From Bacteroidota bacterium (lineage in GTDB: Bacteria > Bacteroidota > Ignavibacteria > UBA10030 > UBA8401), in contig JABWAK010000004.1 of the NCBI GenBank assembly GCA_013361065.1, positions 1-60,910 of the forward strand: 60,910 nucleotides of DNA. The letters run 5' to 3'. Position 1 is the first letter of the stretch, and each line of letters starts with the position of its first letter. The notes below the pieces were generated by a model. That model saw only the letters and a program-made list of their open reading frames with translations, had not been told where the DNA came from and did no database searches. Shown here piece by piece: positions 54,536 through 60,910 of the stretch. Both the position numbers and the translations under genes were made by a program.

Positions 54536-55411
54536 TCAGAAGAAGAGTTCGTCGGCACGTTCCGCCAGACGTTTCGCCTTCCGTTTTGCAATGGCATTCA
54601 CCAGGCGCTGTTCCGGCAGCACTTCCAGTGAGGTGGTATCGATATGGGTGATCAGACGGTCGAAGAGCGCCCGGTCCTGCATCTGTACGCAGTAACTCTT
54701 CGCCATATAGAGGTGCGGGAGGACGAACTGGTTCTTCCCGATCTCGAAGCTCCGTTCAAAATGGTATTTCGCACTGTCCGGTTTCCCGCCGAGGTTCTTC
54801 GGCGTGGTGGCGAGAATGGCGGCAAAGTACAGATGTGCACTGCCGTAGAAATAGTTCTCGTCATGCTTCAGCACGAATTCCATCATTGCGTTCACCTTCG
54901 GCAGATCCCCGAGCACATCCGGGTCCGCGATGCTCACATTGATCAGATTCCCCCACGCATTGGCCGTCCAGAAGATCATCGGCACATCCGCTTTCCCGAA
55001 CTGTTCCAGTCCTTTCCGGAACTCCGCCTGCCCCTGGTCGAACGAGCGCGCGAACTCCTTGTTCTTCTTCAGCGAGCGGAGACCGTAATCGCGTGCCCGC
55101 GCATAGAGCACTTTCGCCTGTTCAGGATTCTCATCCTCCACGAATCCCAGGGTATAACCGGTGTACCCCTGCGTCAGCAGGAACGCCAGATGGTCATCAT
55201 CCTTGTCCTTAGCGCGGTACAGCGCCTCCAGCAGCGTCAGATTCCCGGGAATGGCACTCTTCGCGAAATCCAGGTCGGATTCCTCGAAGATGGCCAGCAG
55301 GCCGTAATCGACGATGTTGGTGGTGGCATTGACGGCAACGGTGTTCACCACGCTGCAGGACCAGTGCGTGAGCGAGGAGGCGAGGAGAAGAACGAAGGCG
55401 AATTGTTTCAT
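54536..55411 (-). CDS. TatT-type TPR lipoprotein (T component of TPR-protein-associated TRAP transporters)
   Basis: 291 aa, helical/TPR-like, with a signal or lipoprotein N-terminus (LLLASSLTHWSC). Sequence blocks FEESDLDFAKSAIPGNLTLLE and LLTQGYTGY, plus its position directly upstream of dctPQM, match the TatT family. Confidence 0.68.
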   Translation of the reverse strand: MKQFAFVLLLASSLTHWSCSVVNTVAVNATTNIVDYGLLAIFEESDLDFAKSAIPGNLTLLEALYRAKDKDDDHLAFLLTQGYTGYTLGFVEDENPEQAKVLYARARDYGLRSLKKNKEFARSFDQGQAEFRKGLEQFGKADVPMIFWTANAWGNLINVSIADPDVLGDLPKVNAMMEFVLKHDENYFYGSAHLYFAAILATTPKNLGGKPDSAKYHFERSFEIGKNQFVLPHLYMAKSYCVQMQDRALFDRLITHIDTTSLEVLPEQRLVNAIAKRKAKRLAERADELFF

Positions 55412-55521
55412 ATAGAGTGAAAATAAATAAATGTTCCCCTATATCCAAGGTGGAAGGGAATCACGGAAAATGAAAAAAACTTAAGGAATACAGGCGTTCC
55501 GGCGGAGGAAGACTTGCTTCC

Positions 55522-56964
55522 TTGTTACTATTCGGGTACTTTTACCTAAGATATACACTCCCACTTCCGCTGAAAGGCCCGTGCGTGAAACCGGTCATCC
55601 GTTCCCTTGTTCTCCTTATTCTGACAGTCTCGTGGCTCCCCGCCCAGTCCACCGCGCTCCGTTCCGGTCCCATGGTCGGCTACGGCACCATGACCGAGGT
55701 GATGCTCTGGGTGCAGACGAATAAACCGGCATCCATTCAATATAGATATTGGAACAGCGCGGAACCGAAGTCCGTTCTCACCAGCACCGCCGTCAGCACC
55801 GACCGGGAGGAACCGTTCATCGCCAAGTCGGTGATCACCGGACTGACACCCGGGGTGAAGTATAGCTATGAATTACTCATCGACGGGAAACCGGTGAAAC
55901 GGGATTACCCGCTGCGCTTCCAGACCCAGCCGCTCTGGCAGTGGCGAACGGATCCGCCCGCATTCTCCGTTGCATTCGGCTCCTGCAATTTTGTGAACGA
56001 AGCGGAGATCGACCGTCCCGGCAAACCGTACGGCAGCGATTTCGAGATCTTCCGGACCATCGCCGCGAAACAACCGGACCTGTTCCTCTGGGGCGGTGAC
56101 AACACCTATCTGCGCGAGGTGGACTGGGATTCGCGCTCCGGTATCATCCGCCGTCACAGCCACACACGCGCACTTCCTGAGATGCAGCCGCTGCTCGGCA
56201 GCGTGCACAATCTCGCCATCTGGGACGATCACGATTACGGTCCGAACGATGCGGACCGGACCTATGCCCTGCGGAAGGAATCGCTCGAGATCTTCACACG
56301 CTTCTGGGCCAACCGCACGTACGGAGCCGCCGGCACCGAAGGGACCTTCAGCCGGTTCGTCTGGAACGATGTGGAGTTCTTCCTGCTGGACGACCGGTAC
56401 CACCGCTCACCCAATGATGCACCGGCGGACGGACAGAAGACGATGTTCGGCAAGGAGCAGATGCAGTGGCTGAAGGATGCGCTCACCAACAGTGCCGGCA
56501 ACAGGGATATCAACTTCCGTATCATCGTCAACGGCAACCAGATACTGAACACCAACGGTGCGTTCGCCGAGATGCTCACGCAGTTCCCGTCCGATTATGA
56601 CGAGTTGCTCGGCCACATCCGCTCCCGGAAGATCCCTGGCATCCTCTTCCTTACCGGAGACCGCCATCTGACGGAACTGATCGCTCTGAAGGATTCCTCC
56701 TTCTATACATTGTATGATTTCACCAGCTCTGCACTCACTTCCGGGCTCACCACGCTGAAGGACCGCAACGGCAACTGGACAGCGGAATACACCAATCCGC
56801 TCCGGGTGGAAGGAACGCTGGTGAACGACAAGCACAATTTCGGCATGCTCACCGTCAGCGGTCCGCGCCGGGAGCGGGTGCTGACCATGGAATGTTATGA
56901 CGTGACCGGCACACTCCGCTGGAGCAGGACGGTCCCGGCCGCATCGTTACAGGTGCCGCGATGA
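55522..56964 (+). CDS. PhoD-like alkaline phosphatase/phosphodiesterase
   Basis: Metallophosphatase blocks GGDNTY and WDDHDYGPND. The likely true start is the GTG at 55585 (VKPVIRSLVLLILTVSWLPAQS signal peptide). Confidence 0.8.
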   Translation: MLLFGYFYLRYTLPLPLKGPCVKPVIRSLVLLILTVSWLPAQSTALRSGPMVGYGTMTEVMLWVQTNKPASIQYRYWNSAEPKSVLTSTAVSTDREEPFIAKSVITGLTPGVKYSYELLIDGKPVKRDYPLRFQTQPLWQWRTDPPAFSVAFGSCNFVNEAEIDRPGKPYGSDFEIFRTIAAKQPDLFLWGGDNTYLREVDWDSRSGIIRRHSHTRALPEMQPLLGSVHNLAIWDDHDYGPNDADRTYALRKESLEIFTRFWANRTYGAAGTEGTFSRFVWNDVEFFLLDDRYHRSPNDAPADGQKTMFGKEQMQWLKDALTNSAGNRDINFRIIVNGNQILNTNGAFAEMLTQFPSDYDELLGHIRSRKIPGILFLTGDRHLTELIALKDSSFYTLYDFTSSALTSGLTTLKDRNGNWTAEYTNPLRVEGTLVNDKHNFGMLTVSGPRRERVLTMECYDVTGTLRWSRTVPAASLQVPR

Positions 56965-57689
56965 AGAAACAGAGCGAGACGGCAGCGAAACGCAGCTCCG
57001 CACCGGCGGCCTCCATCCTGGTGGTAGAGGATGAGAAGAAGATCTCCGCACTCATCCGGAAGGGACTGGAAGAGGAAGGATATTCGGTCCAGGAAGCAGC
57101 GGACGGCGAGAAGGGCGAGCAGATGGCAAAGAACGGCTCGTTCGACCTGCTCTTGCTCGACATCATGCTGCCGAAACAGGACGGCATCCAGCTGCTGGCG
57201 GCGCTCCGGGCCGCCGGGAACGATACGCCGGTGCTGATGCTGACGGCGAAAGGGACGGTGGAGGACCGTGTGAAAGGACTCGACACCGGTGCGGATGACT
57301 ATCTGGTGAAGCCGTTCGCCATCACCGAACTGCTGGCGCGCGTCCGCTCCCTGCTCCGCCGGAAGAAAGGGGCCGAACGCGCGGCCACAACGCTCTCCAT
57401 CGCCGATCTGACGCTGGACCTGGTCGCCCGGAAGGTGTTCCGCGGCGGCAAAGCGATCGATCTCACCTCCAAAGAGTTCGCCCTGCTGGAGCTCTTCCTG
57501 CGGAACAAGAACAAGACGCTCAGCCGGAGCACCATCACCGAGCATATCTGGAACTACAACTTCGACACCGGCACGAACATCATCGATGTGTACATCAACC
57601 ATCTGCGCGCGAAGATCGACGGCGGGTTCGACCGGAAACTGCTGCAGACCATCCGCGGCGTCGGGTACGTCCTGAAAGAGAACCCGTAA
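56961..57689 (+). CDS. OmpR-family response regulator
   Basis: Receiver domain (ILVVEDE...DLLLLDIMLP...LTAK) plus a winged-helix domain (TLSRSTITEHIWNY...IRGVGYVL). ATGA overlap with the phoD-like stop. Confidence 0.92.
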   Translation: MKKQSETAAKRSSAPAASILVVEDEKKISALIRKGLEEEGYSVQEAADGEKGEQMAKNGSFDLLLLDIMLPKQDGIQLLAALRAAGNDTPVLMLTAKGTVEDRVKGLDTGADDYLVKPFAITELLARVRSLLRRKKGAERAATTLSIADLTLDLVARKVFRGGKAIDLTSKEFALLELFLRNKNKTLSRSTITEHIWNYNFDTGTNIIDVYINHLRAKIDGGFDRKLLQTIRGVGYVLKENP

Positions 57690-57690
57690 C

Positions 57691-59217
57691 ATGAAGAATG
57701 TACGCCGGTCCATCCGGTTCAAACTGACCCTCTATTATTCGCTCATCGTGAGCGCCACGCTCGTGGCGTTCGGGGTCAGTGCGTACTACTTCACCGAACA
57801 GAACCTCCTGGCGAGTCTGGACCGGTCGCTGTATAACGAGGTGGTCTGGCTGAAGAACTTCATCGAACCGCGCGCCAACCGCGTGAAGCTGAAGCGTCAG
57901 CGCATCACACCGAAACAGCAGGCGATCAACGAGACCAAATCCCCCACCCAGCCGATCCGCACATCGGATGAGGTCGAGATCAAAGCCGATTCCGTCGATG
58001 TGGAATTCGACGCCATCTGGAACCAGATCTACGAGCACACTCTGCTCACCCCGAAGAAGCAGATCATCCAGATCAAGGACCGGAACGGCGACATCCTCTA
58101 CAAGTCCGGACTGGGGAAGGAGGAGATCGCCTTCGATGACGTCCCGCAGGACATCACCAAGCTGGTCACCATCTGGAATGCGAAGGGCCAGCCGCTCCGT
58201 CTTGCGGTCAGTCAGGACCGGACGATGAAGGTCTATGTGGCCTACCCGATCTCCGAGATCAACGATGTGCTGGCGAACCTCTTCTCCATCTTCATCCTGC
58301 TCATCCCGGTGGCGGTGGTCATCTCCGTCGGCGGCGGATGGTTCCTCGCCTCCCGTTCCTTCAAGCCGGTGGACGATATCGCCCGCACGGCGCGCGCCAT
58401 CACCGCGCACAATCTGGACCAGCGCATCCCTCCCACCGGTGTGGATGACGAACTGGGACGCCTCATCGCCACCTTCAACGAGATGTTCAGCCGTCTGCAG
58501 CTCTCCTTCGCACAGATCCAGCAGTTCTCCAGCGATGCATCGCATGAGCTGCGCACGCCGCTCACCATCATGCGCGGCGAACTGGAACTGGCGCTCCGTT
58601 CCAAGAAGAACTCGTCGGAGGAGTACCGCAAGGTGCTCTCCAGCGCGCTGGAGGAGACGATGCACATGACCTCCATCATCGAGAATCTGCTGACGCTCGC
58701 CAAAGCGGACCGCGGATTCACGCAGCTGAAGAACGAGGATGTCTGGCTCCGTCCGGTAGTGCAGGACCTGTTCGAGGACGGCGAGATGCTCGCCGAACGG
58801 AAACAGATCACCGTCCGGCTCGGCACGCTCGACGATGCCCTGGTCTTAGGGGACGCGGTCCGTCTCCGCCAGCTCTTCCTGAACCTGCTCGATAACGCCA
58901 TCAAATACACGCCGGAGCACGGCACCGTGGAGGTCTCGCTCGTCCGGGACCAGCGGCACGCACGCGTGCAGATCAAGGATACCGGCGTCGGCATCCCGGC
59001 CGAGGACCTGCCGAAGATCTACGACCGGTTCTACCGCGCGGACAAGGCGCGCACGCGGGAACTCGGCGGGAGCGGTCTCGGTCTCTCCATTGCGAAGTGG
59101 ATCGTAGACATCCACGGCGGCACGATCGCCGTGGAGAGCGAGGTGAATGTCGGCACCACCTTCACCGTCTCGCTTCCGCTGAAGCCCCCGTCCCCGCAGC
59201 TCGAGATCTTCTCCTGA
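57691..59217 (+). CDS. Sensor histidine kinase (2 TM, HAMP, HisKA, HATPase_c)
   Basis: H-box FSSDASHELRTPLT, N-box LLDNAIKYT, and G-boxes DTGVGI and GSGLGLSI. It starts 2 nt after the RR stop. Confidence 0.92.
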   Translation: MKNVRRSIRFKLTLYYSLIVSATLVAFGVSAYYFTEQNLLASLDRSLYNEVVWLKNFIEPRANRVKLKRQRITPKQQAINETKSPTQPIRTSDEVEIKADSVDVEFDAIWNQIYEHTLLTPKKQIIQIKDRNGDILYKSGLGKEEIAFDDVPQDITKLVTIWNAKGQPLRLAVSQDRTMKVYVAYPISEINDVLANLFSIFILLIPVAVVISVGGGWFLASRSFKPVDDIARTARAITAHNLDQRIPPTGVDDELGRLIATFNEMFSRLQLSFAQIQQFSSDASHELRTPLTIMRGELELALRSKKNSSEEYRKVLSSALEETMHMTSIIENLLTLAKADRGFTQLKNEDVWLRPVVQDLFEDGEMLAERKQITVRLGTLDDALVLGDAVRLRQLFLNLLDNAIKYTPEHGTVEVSLVRDQRHARVQIKDTGVGIPAEDLPKIYDRFYRADKARTRELGGSGLGLSIAKWIVDIHGGTIAVESEVNVGTTFTVSLPLKPPSPQLEIFS

Positions 59218-59341
59218 CCGACGCTCTGCCGGTCCGCTCCCTGATTTCCTCCCCTCTTCATTGCATTTTGGCGGGTGAATGACTATTTTTTCGCACGCAA
59301 CGTGATCATCACATTCCGTTCCCCCTATCCAGGAGAAAGAC

Positions 59342-60739
59342 ATGCCCCATCAAGGTCACGAGACCTCGCTTGCACGGCGACTCACACTCACCAACGGCAT
59401 CATGGTCGTCATCGGGTCGATCATCGGCTCCGGTATCTTCCTGACGCCGCAGAATGTGGCGGCGAACGTCGACGTCCCCGGACTGATGATCGGTGTCTGG
59501 ATCCTCACCGGTCTGCTGACGCTGGCCGGCGCGCTCACGAACGCCGAAGTGGCGAGTCTCATCCCGGAAGCGGGCGGACAGTACGTCTTCTTCCGTGTGA
59601 CCTTCGGCCAGTTGACGGCATTCCTGTACGGATGGACCACGTTCATCGTCTATCAGACCGGTTCCATCGCCGCCATCGCCGTGGCTTTCGCCAAGTATCT
59701 CGGGTATTTCGTCGACCTTCCCAATCTGGGACCGGAACTGGAAGCGTGGCAGCTGCCGCTCATCGGCAACATCTTCCCGCTGAAGGATATCGGTGTGACG
59801 ATGGTGGCGATCGGTGCCATCATCACCGTCACCACCATCAACTATTTCGGCGTGCAGTTCGGGGGGATGATCCAGAATGTCTTCACCATCCTGAAAGTGA
59901 TCGCCATCGGCGCCATCATCGTCCTGGCCTTCTCCTCCGGCAAAGGGAGCGTCGACAACTTCTTCCCGCTCTGGGGAATGCCGTCGTCCGGCTCGCTCAT
60001 GGCGGCGGTCGGTGTGGCGATGATCGCCACGCTCTGGTCGTATGACGGCTGGAACTCCCTCACCTATCTCGCCGGCGAGGTGATCGAACCGCAGAAGAAC
60101 ATCCCACGCGCGCTCATCCTCGGCACGCTCGTGGTGATCCTGATCTACGTCACCACTAACATGGCGTACCTGTACATCCTTCCGATCGGACAGATCGCAC
60201 AGTCCAAACTGGTCGCAGCGGATGTAATGAATGTGATCTACTACGGCTGGGGCGGCGCGATCATCTCGGCGATGGTGATGATCTCCACGTTCGGCACGGT
60301 GAACGCCACCTCCATGACCACGGCGCGGGTCTTCTATGCGATGGCGAAGGACCGGATGTTCTTCCGGAAGATGGGCGAGGTCCATCCGAAGTTCCGCACG
60401 CCGGCCAAATCACTCGTCATCCAGGGAACCTGGGCATCGATCCTCTGTCTGACCGGCACGTACGACCAGATCTTCACCTACGTCATCTTCGCCGGCTGGA
60501 TCTTCTACGCGCTCGGCGGGGCGGCCGTCTTCATCCTGCGCAGCAAACAGCCCGATGCGGAGCGGGCGTATAAAGTCCCTCTTTATCCTGTTATTCCGAT
60601 CATATTTATTACAGTGGCGACCTGGTTCGTCTATAATACGATCGTGGAGCAGACTGCGGATTCGATGGTGGGATTGTTCCTGGTGGTGGCGGGGATACCG
60701 TTCTATCTGTACTGGCAGAAGCAGATCAAGAATGCGTGA
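59342..60739 (+). CDS. APC-family amino acid permease
   Basis: 465 aa, 12 TM segments, with GSIIGSGIF and NAEVASLIPEAGGQY blocks. Confidence 0.88.
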   Translation: MPHQGHETSLARRLTLTNGIMVVIGSIIGSGIFLTPQNVAANVDVPGLMIGVWILTGLLTLAGALTNAEVASLIPEAGGQYVFFRVTFGQLTAFLYGWTTFIVYQTGSIAAIAVAFAKYLGYFVDLPNLGPELEAWQLPLIGNIFPLKDIGVTMVAIGAIITVTTINYFGVQFGGMIQNVFTILKVIAIGAIIVLAFSSGKGSVDNFFPLWGMPSSGSLMAAVGVAMIATLWSYDGWNSLTYLAGEVIEPQKNIPRALILGTLVVILIYVTTNMAYLYILPIGQIAQSKLVAADVMNVIYYGWGGAIISAMVMISTFGTVNATSMTTARVFYAMAKDRMFFRKMGEVHPKFRTPAKSLVIQGTWASILCLTGTYDQIFTYVIFAGWIFYALGGAAVFILRSKQPDAERAYKVPLYPVIPIIFITVATWFVYNTIVEQTADSMVGLFLVVAGIPFYLYWQKQIKNA

Positions 60740-60756
60740 TCTGGAACCTTGTCCAA

Positions 60757-60800
60757 ACGTAGTCATGGCATCACTTAAGTCATGGCATGACTACGTTTGA
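60757..60800. terminator. 13-bp inverted repeat between convergent genes
   Basis: AAACGTAGTCATG...CATGACTACGTTT. Confidence 0.5.
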
Positions 60801-60909
60801 TGAACGCTGCAATCTCCTCTGCATTCGGGAAGAATGCCCGAAAGAACTCCTTTTCCAGCATGATACCATGGTCGAATGAATTGCCGGTTCCGGTCAGGTC
60901 ATGATAGCT
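60775..60909 (-). CDS. C-terminal 44 codons of an unidentified gene entering from the right edge
   Basis: Manual translation gives SYHDLTGTGNSFDHGIMLEKEFFRAFFPNAEEIAAFIKRSHAMT*. I recognise no family. Confidence 0.3.
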   Translation of the reverse strand, partial: SYHDLTGTGNSFDHGIMLEKEFFRAFFPNAEEIAAFIKRSHAMT

Positions 60910-60910
60910 G

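Overview
This is a 60.9 kb chromosomal window of about 55-60% GC. It probably comes from a member of the FCB superphylum (Ignavibacteria/Bacteroidota-like). That is an inference from T9SS C-terminal sorting domains, DUF3276 and DUF3109-type genes and a TatT-TRAP transporter; Shine-Dalgarno sites are visible. Most of it is housekeeping. It contains the gcvP 5' end, rnc, and a complete E. coli-like yceD-rpmF-plsX-fabH-fabD-(Cys-rich gene)-fabG-acpP-fabF cluster. It also holds ribH, ptsH-ptsI, a polyprenyl synthase plus type-2 IPP isomerase, tRNA-Pro(UGG), rdgB, radA, a TatT-associated TRAP transporter, a phoD-RR-HK unit and an APC permease. The less ordinary parts are these. (1) A 14 kb signalling island (30254-44177) has a CheB-CheR-PAS fusion plus PAS kinase, divergent from a translationally coupled cassette of sensor kinase, secreted FecR-domain protein and a 1583-aa PKD-repeat protein. 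No receiver domain occurs anywhere in the island. (2) AT-rich islets carry orphan genes: a BNR propeller fused to a GC-rich T9SS tail, a 177-aa membrane protein inside an 856-bp insertion bracketed by a 91-bp duplication of a gene 3' end, a 231-aa HEPN-like protein, and a small lipoprotein. (3) A RAYT-type Y1 transposase is flanked by REP hairpin arrays, and GTAG-hairpin doublets and modular composite repeats fill several long gene-free spacers. (4) Many intergenic spacers carry short tandem arrays of 7-9 nt words. Nearly every real gene has a full-length codon-aligned antisense ORF in the track; I treat these as codon-usage artefacts. No rRNA genes or CRISPR arrays were seen.
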